This document shows, in pieces, positions 1 through 12,486 of a DNA stretch of 64,000 nucleotides. Positions within the stretch are counted from its first letter, which is position 1. Each line of letters opens with the position of its first letter. The position numbers and the translations under genes were made by a program. The notes under the pieces are model-generated. The model was not told the DNA's origin. It saw only the letters and a program-made list of their open reading frames with translations, and did no database searches. The DNA lies in the NCBI GenBank assembly GCA_002104945.1, contig MCFH01000023.1:1-64000 (forward strand). The letters are read 5' to 3'. This DNA comes from Piromyces finnis finn. Lineage: Eukaryota > Fungi > Neocallimastigomycota.

Positions 1-3000
1 TTCCTAAAAAGAATGGTGAACTCCGTCTTTGTCAAGATTATAGGGAACTCAACAAATTACCATTAGAGATTCTTATCCTCTACTCTGATTCAAGATATGC
101 TAGAGCATCTTGGTAAAGCGAAAATCTTCTCAAAATTGGATTTACGATCAGCATATAACTTGGTCCGAATCAAAAAGGGTGATGAATATAAAACAGCTTT
201 CACCTGCAAATTCGGCCACTTTGAATACCTGGTAATGCCATTCGGACTGAAAAACGCCCCGGCTGTTTTTCAGCATTTTATCAATGATGTTCTGGAAAAT
301 ATTCTAGGGATTTTTGTTTATTCATATATTGACGATTTAATTATTTTTTCTGAAAATGTAACGAATCTATTAGAAAATTAATATTGTCTTAATGGTTAGT
401 ATTTAAGACATTAATCTGGATCACTCGGGTTCGACTACACCTTGATCCAAAATTTATTTTAAATTATTTATTTAACAATTTAATTTATGACTCATAGAAA
501 CTTATAGAACTTATTCGAAAAAGAATAAGTTCGAATATTCGAAAAATTAAATATTTTATGTATTTTTATCACGAGATTCATTTTATGTAATTTTTAATTA
601 ATTTAAAGAATAATTTAGAAAGAAAATTTAATTTTTAATTTAGCCACATCAGATTTAGAAAAAGTATAAATAGAATGTGTGAATCAAAAATTAAATAGTT
701 GTGTTTTTATTAACTTTTAAATTTAAATCTTTATTTTTAAAAAATTTAATAATAATAAAAAATTATTTTAAATAAATAAATTTATTGACTTATAGGGAAT
801 ACAAAATTTATTTTTCTATATAAATATTATTAATTCCTACATTAATAAATTCTTTATATAGAAACTCGTTACGAAAACCATAAATCCCACATTAAGCACG
901 TTATCGAAGTCCTGGATCGCTTAAGAAATGCTGGTCTTTATGCTAAGCTTGAAAAGTGTGAATTCTTTGTTTCCTCTATTGATTTCCTTGGTCATCGGAT
1001 ATCCTCTGAAGGTATACATATGGACCCCAATAAAGTTTCTGCTATTATTAATTGGCCAGTTCCGTCCAGTGTCAAGGAAGTTCAATCTTTTATTGGCCTA
1101 GCCAACTACTATCGTCGGTTTATTCCTAATTTTGCCAAAGTTGCACAACCCCTTCACAGACTACTTCGTAAAAACGTTAAATTTGATTTTTCCTCTGAAG
1201 CTCTTGATGCATTTAATACCATTAAATCATTAATTTCATCTGCTCCCATCCTGTCTCACCAAATCGTGATCTTCCCTTTATTGTTGAAACCGACTCTAGC
1301 AACTTTGCTATAGGAGCAGTTCTGTCTCAAAAATCTCCTGATGATAAAATGATCCATCCTGTCGCTTTCTATTCAAGATCTCTTACTTCCGCTGAAAGAA
1401 ACTATCCTATATACGATAAAGAACTTTTAGCTATTGTTAATGCTCTTGAAACTTGGCGACATTTTCTCAAAGGTGCTTTAACCCCGTTTACTATTTATTC
1501 AGATCATCGAAACTTACTATATCAAAAGAAACCGGAAAAAATGTCACAACGTCTTGTTCGTTGGGCCCTTTTCCTTTCCGAATTTTAACTTTAAAATTCT
1601 CTACCGCTCTGGTTCATCAAATGGTAAACCTGATGGCTTTCACGAAGACCTGATTATATAGATTCCTCTCTTCCTTCTGATGCTCCTTTTTCGGTTTTAC
1701 GCCCTGAGAATTTCTGCGCTTTGATTTGTTCCATTTCTTCTCTTAATGATGAAATATTATCTGAATATGTGAACGACTCTTTTTACATTGACATTTGCAA
1801 TTTTCTTGAAAATAAGAATCTCCCAGCTCCACATCCACAAAGTAATAAATTCTCTCTTAGTAATAGTTTTCTTTTTTTTGATAATAGAATCTATGTCCCT
1901 TTAAAATGCCGTCCCTCCGTTTTGAAACTCTGTCATGATTCCCCCTCTGCCGGTCATTTTGGTATCCGCAAAACTATTTCTTTGATCTCTCGTGACTTTT
2001 GGTGGCCATCCATTTCTATTGATGTTAAGAATTATATCCGATCTTGTGAGATTTGTTGCCGCTCCAAGCCTTCTCGTCATAAACCATATGGTTTACTTCA
2101 ACCCCTTGAGATTAGTGACCATCCTTGGGCTTCTATTTCTATGGATTTCATTACTGACCTCCCTCCTTCTGATGGATTTAACACTATTCTTGTTGTAGTT
2201 GACCGCCTTACTAAAATGTGCCACCTCATTCCCTTTAAAGGTATTCCTTCTGCTTCTGATACTGCTTTTGCTTTTTTGAATTATATTTTCAAAATTCACG
2301 GTCTCCCCTCTGAAATTATTTCCGATAGAGGCGCGCAATTCACTTCGAAATTTTGGAAATCTATTTGCCAATCTTTGGACGTCAATGTTAAATATTCTTC
2401 ACCATATCATCATCAATCCAATGGCCAAACGGAGAGGGTAAACTCCGTTGTTGAACAATATTTAAGATGCTTTTCTAATTATAAAGGAACAAATTGGATC
2501 AACTTTCTTCCATTGGCAGAATTCAGTTACAATAATGCTGTTCAAGACTCAACAAAATTCTCACCATTCTTCCTAAATTATGGTTATCACCCAAAATACT
2601 CTCCGGTAATTCCTGACCAAACGAATGTTCCAAGAGCTGAAGAATTTACAAGAGACTTTGAAGACCTAATGGAGAAACTAAAAGAAAACTTAAAGAAGGC
2701 CATCCAAGTTCAAAAGAAATACGCCGACAAGTATAGACAAGAACCTCCGACATTCAAGACTGGTGACAAAGTATGGTTGGATAGCTCCTTGATAATTCAT
2801 AAAGGAAATAAAAAATTTAATCCTAGGAAACTTGGCCCGTTTAGGATAATTAGTAAAATCTCTAATCTCACTTATAAATTAGAATTACCAAAATCGCTGA
2901 AGATTTACCCAATTGTTCATGTTTCAAACCTAGAACCGTATTATGAAGATAGTTTTGGAAGAATCAAAGATCCACCTCCACCTATAATAGTAAATGAAGA

Positions 3001-3163
3001 AGAAGAATACGAAGTAGAAGAAATACTTGATAAAAGAAAGCATTATGGGAAGATTCAATATCTAATAAAATGGAAAGGTTATCCGCTTTCAGAAGCATCT
3101 TGGGAACCTGAAAGTAATTTAAACTGCGATGAACTAATTAAAAACTTTAATAATTCACATTAG
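1..3163 (+). pseudogene. pol: Ty3/gypsy pol (RT, RNase H, integrase, chromodomain), interrupted by a solo LTR and frameshifts
   Basis: Motifs [69 protein letters not shown]; chromodomain YEVEEIL..YLIKWKGY..SWEP. Single-base shifts near 60-95, 1260, 1586 and 1640. Confidence 0.95.
357..872 (+). mobile_element. Solo LTR inserted into the RT coding region
   Basis: Termini TGTAACGA...TCGTTAC, flanked by GAAAA at 352-356 and 873-877. Removing it restores [26 protein letters not shown]. Confidence 0.9.
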
Positions 3164-3172
3164 TAATAGTTA

Positions 3173-3217
<45 letters not shown>

Positions 3218-3286
3218 AGTAATTGATAAGAGAAAAAGAGAATAGAAAATAAAAAATGAAAAAATATATTTATAATTTAATATTCA

Positions 3287-3318
<32 letters not shown>

Positions 3319-3416
3319 TTCAAAATGTATTCACTCGTTTCAATTATTTCTCTTATAATAAAGTAACAAATAAATTTAGTTGATTCGTCTGGTATCCGAA
3401 TCCTGGAGGAGGACCA

Positions 3417-3825
3417 TGTAACGAATCATAGAAATTAGTAACCTGTCTTAGTGGTTAGTAACTAAGACCTTGGTTTGAACTACTCGAGTTCGAAACCTCA
3501 TTAATATCTTTTTAATTATTAAAATATTTTATAACGAAATTTTACCAAAGAAGATAATTTCTGATTGGCTTAAAAAATTAAGTTGTAAAATTTTTATAAA
3601 TTTACTTTTAAAAATTTTTATATAAATACGAGTGAAATTTCTCAAAAAAATTATTTTTAATTCGAGTTTTTATTAACAAAAAAATTTTATAATAAAAATA
3701 AAATTATTAAACACTAACCTGTTATAATTTTGTTAAGTGTTCAATAATAAAATTTTTATTTGCTTTTATTATTTTCCTTTTTATATATATTTGTGTTTTT
3801 ATTTATTGAACATTAGTTCTTTACA
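3417..3825 (+). repeat. 3' LTR of the chromovirus
   Basis: Follows the PPT; TG...CA ends with an 8/9 terminal inverted repeat; shares its 5' ~80 nt motifs with the solo LTR at 357; internal TATAAATA. Confidence 0.8.
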
Positions 3826-4204
3826 TTATACTATAATCCATTTTATTATGAGTTAATTTATATAATTCTTTCAATTCATTATTATCATTTGTATTTAATT
3901 TGTGGAAATAACTTAATGCTGATTGTGTTACAGGTTCACCAACTGATTGAGTTGCTAAAATACCAACATGAGTATTTTCTTTTATCATACGAGATTTGAT
4001 TTTATCCACAATTATTTTAGCAAACTTATCACAGTCAATTTCTTCTGCTTTAATTTTTTTCTTTAAATAATTTCTTACTTTATTATTTACTTGATCAATA
4101 TAAGAAGTCAATCTTTTATTTTCTTCAAAATTTTTATAAATTTTGTTACATATATAATCAATATCCTCAACAGGAAAATATTGCATATTTTGAGATTCTT
4201 CCAT
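3821..4204 (-). pseudogene. Multisubunit RNA polymerase largest-subunit C-terminal part (Rpb1 domain 5 / RpoA''-like), 3'-truncated by the LTR
   Basis: VGILATQSVGEPVTQSALSYFH matches the conserved VGxxAAQSIGEPxTQMTLxTFH motif; the stop codon lies within the LTR end. Confidence 0.75.
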
Positions 4205-4753
4205 ACTTGAAATTTAAAATATATATTTAAAAAAAAATTTAAATAAAATATTTATAAAATATTTAGATGCAAAATATACAATTATTTACTATAAATTTAC
4301 AAAATATTTATAAAGTATTATTAATTATCATTTTATAATTTAATACATATATATATAATTATAAATAAAATTTACAGTATTTTTAAAAAGAATTTACAAG
4401 AGAACTTAATATTTTTTAAAAAATTATTTTAATTTAATACATATTTTATGAATATAGTTTATTAATTAATATACATAATTAATCTATAAATAACTTTTAT
4501 AATCTAATGTTATTAAAGCTATTTACATTAATACATATACATATATAGAATATTACTAGTAATATATATTATACATATTACAATGAATTATGCTTTTAAT
4601 ATAAATTTGTTAATTCGTTATGATAACAAAATTACAATATTGAATTCCAATTTTAAAAATAATTATTTAAATAATAACAAAATATATAAATAAATATAAA
4701 AATTAAAAAAAAAATAATTTTATGCATCTACGATAGTATTAATATCTTATTAA

Positions 4754-6986
4754 CTAAAAAAACATATAAATAGAATTATTTTTGAAAGATGAATAGATAG
4801 ATCCATCTAAATTTCTTTTTAATAATAAATAAGGTTTATTAAGAATAGTTGATTTTAATATTTCTATGGATGCTTTACATGGATAATAATCTTCATTATT
4901 CCATACACCATAGATAATAACTTTTTTATTGTTTTCATTCATAATACTATAATGATATGCAGTTATATTTTTAATATTCTTACATAAAAAAGAAAATGAT
5001 GGTAGTGTATTGTATAATTCATCATTATCTTTTATTATTGGTATTGTTGGTATTATTTCTGAATAAATCGATCTCCATAAATATACCTTTTCATCTGAAA
5101 ATTCCTTTTCTGTTATTAAAACTGTTTTATTATCTGAAACATATTGTTTAATGTATTTAGTTAATGTAGCATTATCTATGATTGAAATTGAATTTTTTTT
5201 ATACATAGAAAATATAGCTTGTACAAAATCATCATTAAAATTGAACAAATTCTTATCTGAATTTAGTACATATTCATACCTATAATTAGGAAGTACAAAT
5301 AATTTACATGTGTTTAACATTATTATTAAAAAGGGAAAAGAAGAATTACAATTGTAGACATAATCAAAAACACAATATGGATATATATTCATATTATTAT
5401 CTACTGAAAAAGATAGTATATTAATATCATTGTAATTATAATTTTCATTTATTAGTTTTAATTGCTTATTCTTAAACTTTTCTTTTACACAATTTATTAA
5501 TTCCTGTTGACTTGGAATATTAATGTATTTATTACAATTAGAACATATTATAAATTTATTATTTATTTCTGGAATATCAAAATATTGTCTATATAAACCT
5601 TGTAATTCGTAACCATAAGAAATAAATAAATTGGAAGGAAATTTTCCTTTACAATGTTTGTCTAGTTTATAAGTAATATTAAAATAAACAGATGTTTCTT
5701 TTTCTTTGTACTTTCTTATCACTTTAACACATTTAGGAACAATATCTAATTCTAATACTGAATCAAATAATAACTTTTTATCATGAAACGCAAAATTATT
5801 ATCAGTAGAATTTTTATTTGTTGAAAGAACAATTTTATATCTTGAATTTTCTGGTGATCTATAATAATTATTATTCCACTGTACATACGGTATATTATTC
5901 TTAATACATTCTTCTTTATCAGCAATTACTGGTAATACCTTATCTTTATTATTAAAATATCTAGTATAATATTTTCCAAATAATCGATTATAATTTATTT
6001 TTAATGGAATATTTATTACTTTATTTTTTTATAATAGTTTGCATGAAAATCAATATATAATAAATAAAGATATTTTAATATTTTTTAACAGTCATATACA
6101 TATACCATTCTAATTCTTGAAATTGAATAATTTCTGTAAATTGTTTATACTTGTTATAAAGTTTCATATTCAATGACTGATTAAAGATATTTATTGTATA
6201 TACCAATTTTTCTTTATTTTTTATTATATCTTCATTCTCATCGGTATATATATAGGGATATAAAGAATATTCATATAACATCAAATCAAACAATCGGAAA
6301 TTTATATTTATTGGGTATGTAAAAGAAACAATACTTGGTTTGAATCTAATTAGTATTTGATCATTTGAATAATTTAAACATGGTAATAATTTACAAATAA
6401 TATTATCATAAGTATCTCTTTTATAAAATGTTATTTTATTTCCAGTGATTCTTATACTATCATGACAACATTTAATAATTATGAAATTATCTGAATCTTT
6501 AATATCCTTATTTTTATCTTCTGCAATTAACACTTGATTATATTGATGCGTTTCAATATACCTTTTATTAAAGTAATGATAGTAATTTATTCTTTTGATA
6601 AAAGCAGTTACATATTGACAAGTATTTGGTAATTCTAACTTTATTATTTTATTATAAATATCTTTAAGGGTATATGAAGGTATATTTATAGATATATTAA
6701 ATTTTGTTTTTGTTGTATCTTTCAAATAAAAATTATATTTAAATACTTTTTCTTTATATTTTTTTTCTAGTACGTTTAAAAGTGAATAACTGGTTGTATC
6801 ATTTATATTTTCATTTTCTTTATCTTTATATTTAATATTATACTGATCTTTGGAAAGTTTATTGCAATCAATAAGGCTAATTCCTTCAAAAAATGAAAAA
6901 CACTCATTATTAATTATTATTTTATGTTCATTAGATAAACATTTTTCATTTTGTATTAAACTACGAATTAATTTAATAATATTCAT
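4754..6986 (-). pseudogene. Intronless ~740-codon frameshifted gene, putative nucleocytovirus-type early transcription factor large subunit (VETF-L-like)
   Basis: ORFs 6075-6986 and 4754-5722 are bridged by open frames (KKILKYLYLLYIDFHANYY / KNKVINIPLKINYNRLFGKYYTRYFNNKDKVLPVIADKEE) with shifts in A-runs. The family call is by recalled motif layout only. Confidence 0.45.
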
Positions 6987-7607
6987 TATAAAAGATAAAA
7001 GATATATGCTAAATTATTATTTTATCTTAATTATTTGTTATAAACAAATTTAAAAATTTTTGAATACTTTTCTATTATACTTTTCATTTTATAATTATAT
7101 TTTTAAAATAATTAAGTTTTAATCATTACATAAATTATATATGAATTATATTTAAATAACAGAAAATATAATTTTTATTATATAATTTAAATATAATAAT
7201 TATTGATTATTACCAAATTTAAGTTTGATTATTAACGTTATTGATATTATTAATATATATTTTGATTTTAATTTTTACTATATATAATTATTAAAAATTA
7301 CATTTGTAGTATGGTTGAAATAAGCATCTTTTATATTTTTTTAAAAAAAAAAAAAAAATAATAATTAATTATTATTTTATAAATTATAATATTTAATAAT
7401 ATATAAATATTAAAATTATATAATACTTTTAAAAATATATATTAAAAATTATAGTAATAAATAATCCATATATAATTTATTTCCAAGAATAAATTTCCAA
7501 TTTCAAGGTAGCTAATTTTACTTTTTTTCTAAAAATTATACAAATAATACATAAATAGTTATACTTTTTGCTATACGCTTCCTTTTTTATATAAATTTTT
7601 ATCAAAA

Positions 7608-7802
7608 CATAATAAAGAAACCATTATTATTCATTTAAAGTTAGAAGATACTGCCACAAAACTTGATATGGAAGAGGTTACCGAAAAAATTACTAATACT
7701 TTTAAATCATATGGAAAAAGAGCAATTAGTTTATTTTATTTTCCAGATGAATTCGATGATGAGTATATAAATAATGATATGCCAACTACTGATAATAAAT
7801 AA
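7608..7802 (+). pseudogene. Fragment of a PI-PLC X-domain gene
   Basis: Translates HNKETIIIHLKLED..., matching NPGETIIIHLKN in the PI-PLC gene at 62188-62385. Confidence 0.55.
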
Positions 7803-8552
7803 ATAAATATATATATATATATATGTTTTCAATTTTCATTTTATTATATTTTCATTTAAAACTATAATTCTAATTGTTAATTGTGATATGATAAAGTAAT
7901 AAAATATAATATAAAAATGCAATATTATTCTAAAATATATAAAACAATGTAAAATCGATTTTATAAATAAAAGCTATTATCATAATATATAAGAATATGA
8001 AAATATAATGAATCATAAATATTTAATTCTTATATTATTCGAAACTACACTATATGAGTAGAAACGAAGAAATAAATATATTATGTAATAATATTAAGAT
8101 AGTATTTATAATACGCTATTTATAATACAGTTTAAATAAAGTGTATAGTATTTTAACTGTTCTTTATGTATATAAGTTTTTAATATTTTAAAATAATTCA
8201 GAAACAAATAATAAAACCTTTTATATAAAAAATATATTAAAGTTATAGCGTAAGGAAGGATGTAAAAATTTAATAATTGTTTATTAATTCTTATAAGACT
8301 TTTAAGGAAAACGAACCATTTTTAAATGAATAAATGATGTAATTAAAAAGTTATTACTTTTGATTGAATTTTAAAAGTGAATATTAATAAAATTATTTAA
8401 TTATCTATTATTGTTATTATTATTATTTTTAATGATTAAATAATTTTATTTAAATAAAGTATATCTGAAATGGAAATGTTTGCTTAATAATTTCGATGAT
8501 TGTAGGAAAATATTATATTTAAATCCCTTTAGAAGTATAGATTGATAAGAAC

Positions 8553-8630
<78 letters not shown>
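8553..8630. repeat. (ATT)n microsatellite
   Basis: Direct inspection; explains the poly-Asn ORF 8446-8658. Confidence 0.95.
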
Positions 8631-8635
<5 letters not shown>

Positions 8636-11547
8636 ATATTCATTTTATAATAAGTCATTTTAAAGATAATTATAGTAATTCTCTTTAACTAAGTCTATTC
8701 ATTTTCATTTGATTTATAATCAATAATCCTAGACTCATAAATAATTATCAAACTTAATTATATTTTTTTAAATATTTAATAATTATAAAATAAAAAAATT
8801 ACTACATCATATTGATATTACAAAAATATTTAAAAATATTTCATATGGTTACTATGATATTCATTTAAATCATATACATAATGATTCATTTATAAATCTA
8901 GTCATAATAATAACATTAACTTCTTGTAACCCCTAATTTTTATATTATATTTTATTAAATATTAATGAATAAAATTAAATTTTACTTTTATTTTATCTTA
9001 AAATTAAATAATAAATTAATTTTGATATTTACTTATTATCAAAAAAACAAATAATACATTTGAATTTTGTTATCCCTTTTTAATAACAATTAAAGTATTT
9101 ATTACAATAAAATGAGAAAGATTTTTAATAATTAAATTTAAAAGAATTCCACCTTTTTTTAATATATAAAATTAAAAAGTTTATTAGTGGTTTTTATATA
9201 TTAGCATAACTTATATATACAGTGTAAAAAAGAAAAAATTACGTAACTAATAGAAATGCATAAACTTTAAGGAATATTATGTCATTTAGAATTATCAAAA
9301 ACTAATATAAATTATTGGTATTTTAAGTTATTTTTGATTCACAATTTATTTAAAAAATTGATATAGAAAAACTAAAAAAAAGATATTAAATATAAAATTA
9401 GAATTAGTTGAATGAAAATATTAATAATTCTTACTTTAAGGTAGAAATTAATTTAGTAGTTACTTTAATCCTTTCTCTTAAATTTTTATATTTTAAGTTG
9501 AAATAAAGAAAAAGGTTTTTAATTTATTAAAATTTTTCTTTCTTTTATATTTAAAATTTTTAATGTGACACAATAAATTATTGACCAATAATATTCATTC
9601 ATTTTAAATCATTTTTAAAAATTAGAAATTTTTTAAATTTTTATTCCACTTTTTAATAAAAATTGATCTTAAATTCTTCAATTTAATTTCCAATATTTTA
9701 ATATATTATGACATATATTATAAATATCTTTGTTCTATTATATTATAACTCAATACATATATTATAATAAATACTAATATATATTAATATTAATGGCATT
9801 TATTATTTTAAATTAAAATTAAAAATAAATAAATAAAAAAGAATTTCTCTATTTTTTTTATTTTTTTTTTTTTAAAATTTTATTATTAAAAAGGAAAGGC
9901 AGCAGTCAGCTTGATAGGCATAAAAGGTAAGTATTCTATTATTATTTAATTGTAAAAAAAAAAAAGATAAAGAGAAAGTTTTCAGAATATCGATATATTT
10001 AATTATGAAATGAATTATAATATTTGTTATTGCTTTTTATTATTTATTATAAATATAGAGGGAAATGGGTGTTTATAATAAAGCTTGCTAGGGATATTTA
10101 AATAATTATTGATTAATTAAAATAAACAACCTAATGTTATATCATTTCAAAAAGATGTTGCATTTATACTTTAAAAAAAGATTTATAACCAATTTTGAAA
10201 TTAAAAAACCACAAAGATGGTTCAATTAAAATTATAATAATAGTTTTTTTTTTTATATATAAAAATTGATATCTATATTTATATGATATAATGGACTAAT
10301 TTCAAGAAATAATTTATGATTAATTATTTATTACATAAAAGAATCTGTAAATTAATAAATATAAAATGCTAATAAAAGTAAATATAAATATAGATAATAA
10401 TAAAAATCATGTAATATAGTTACTCATTCAAAGTATTATGAAAGGTTGAACAGTATAAAAATGCGTAAAATAATAATAATAATAATAATAATAATTTTTA
10501 TATAAGAAATATAATTTGAAGGTTATTATATATAGATGCATTTTTTCTATTACAATTAAAGAAAAAATTATTCATTTATAAAAATAAATAGTTTGTAACC
10601 TCTATCAAAATAAAATAATTTTTTAATTATTGTAATATTCTTCTTATTTTAAATTAATAAATATTAATTTATAGTTAATGTACTAATTAAAATTTATAGT
10701 AAAAAAATGTTTATTATATCAAGTATATTAAAATATGTTTTATTATTTATATAATTTTTTATTATATTTGTTTGTATAATATAAAATCAATACAATTTAA
10801 AAAAAAAATAATTTTGCTTCATAATTACTTTTCTATAAATAATAAATATAGACATTAAAAATGACATTTATTTTAATAATTAATTATAATTAATAATTAA
10901 TTATTTGATAATGTGTTAATTAAAAATTATATGTAACTACAACATCAACAATCAAATTTTTATATATTAAAAATTATTAAAATTTTGATGAAAATAATGA
11001 TTTTGTTGAATAACATTAATAAAAAAATAGTTATTAAAAATATTTTAACATTATCTATCATATTATTAGTATAAACGGTAAATAAAATTATACTAAATTT
11101 CATAAACTTCATATTAAATTATATAGGATCAAATAGATATATAATGAAATTAAATTTTATAATTAAAAGTATTTTATTTAAATTTTAATATTGTAAAGTA
11201 CGGTCGATTAAAACAAATCCTTAGTTTTATATTAAAATTAAAATGAAACATAAATGAATAAAAGAAAAACACATAGTAAAAAAAAAGGATGAAAAGAGCT
11301 TCTATCTCTTTCCGTTCTTCGATACTGAAGAAAAAAAATATTCTATACCCTATCAATTATTATTGGTTAATATTTCTTAATTAGCCTGCTTTGTATTTAA
11401 TTAAAATGAGTAAAACTAGTTGAGTAATCGTTGGAAAATCAGTTTTGAATGAAAAACTAATCAGATACTACTACATTGACTATTTACTATATTAACTATT
11501 ACTACTACTATTACTGCATTGAACTACTATTACTACTACTACTACTG

Positions 11548-11584
<37 letters not shown>

Positions 11585-12486
11585 TGATGATAATATTAAT
11601 AATAATAATCTCTTAATATAATAAAAATATATTTCCTTTATAGGAATAATTATTTTAGAATTTTATATTATAAATTTTTTTATAAAATGTTCGATTTCTG
11701 TTGTCTACTAATTTCTTTTGATAATTATATATTTTTAAAAGAATAAAATTATAATCCTTTTTCGTTTTTAATATTTGTAGTTATAAAATATAAATGAAGT
11801 GACAAAATATCTTATTAATACATTCCTTCAATTTAATCCTATTTTTTATAATAACTTTTATTAGAAAACATTTCACTCTTTCTATTTAAAAACTCTTTTT
11901 TTTTTTTTTTTTTTTAATACTATTATTCAAAATTTTATTTATTTATTTATAAATTAAATATTTCTATTAATTTAAGGCATGGATTAAACTTAGCCACCAC
12001 CATTAATTTTATTCAAAAAAGCTTTTTAATTACAATTTACTTTTTCATTTTAAATAGAATCATGAATAGAATAATAGAATAATGGCATTCATAATAAATA
12101 TTATAAAATATTATAAATGTAAATAAAGGAAAAATAAAAATATAGAGTATGCCTTTTATTAAAAATATTAAAAAAAAAAAGTTAGGTGTTATTATGAGAT
12201 TTTAATATTAATATATTTTAAATTGTGGTGTTTTTGTAAAGCATTCCTTGTATTGAAAAAATCCCATAATAAATTCACTTTTTAATACAATATTAATTGA
12301 ATAGATTATTATTAAAACTTGGATTTCCTTAATGAAAAATCACATCATTTATATTTTTTAAAACAAGTTTTTAAATAATTTTTAATAAATATTTTTTTAG
12401 TAATAATAATAAAGATTTATAAAAAAAAAGTTACATTTATAAATCAAACAAGAAACTATTTTATTTTATTATCCTATTCTCGTTCT

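Larger units (their letters stand above)
1..3825 (+). mobile_element. Ty3/gypsy LTR retrotransposon (chromovirus), 3' portion; 5' end lies outside the window
   Basis: RT-RNaseH-integrase-chromodomain order, polypurine tract GGAGGAGGA at 3405-3413, then LTR TGTAACGAA(3417)...TTCTTTACA(3825). Confidence 0.95.

Noticed and set aside
385-445. tRNA gene in the LTRs
   Set aside because: A/B-box spacing is tRNA-like, but acceptor, anticodon and T stems do not form; reported as a promoter-like motif only
8446-8658. Poly-Asn ORF; likewise poly-Lys ORFs at 20163-20351 and 43188-43427
   Set aside because: Artefacts of a microsatellite or poly(A) tails
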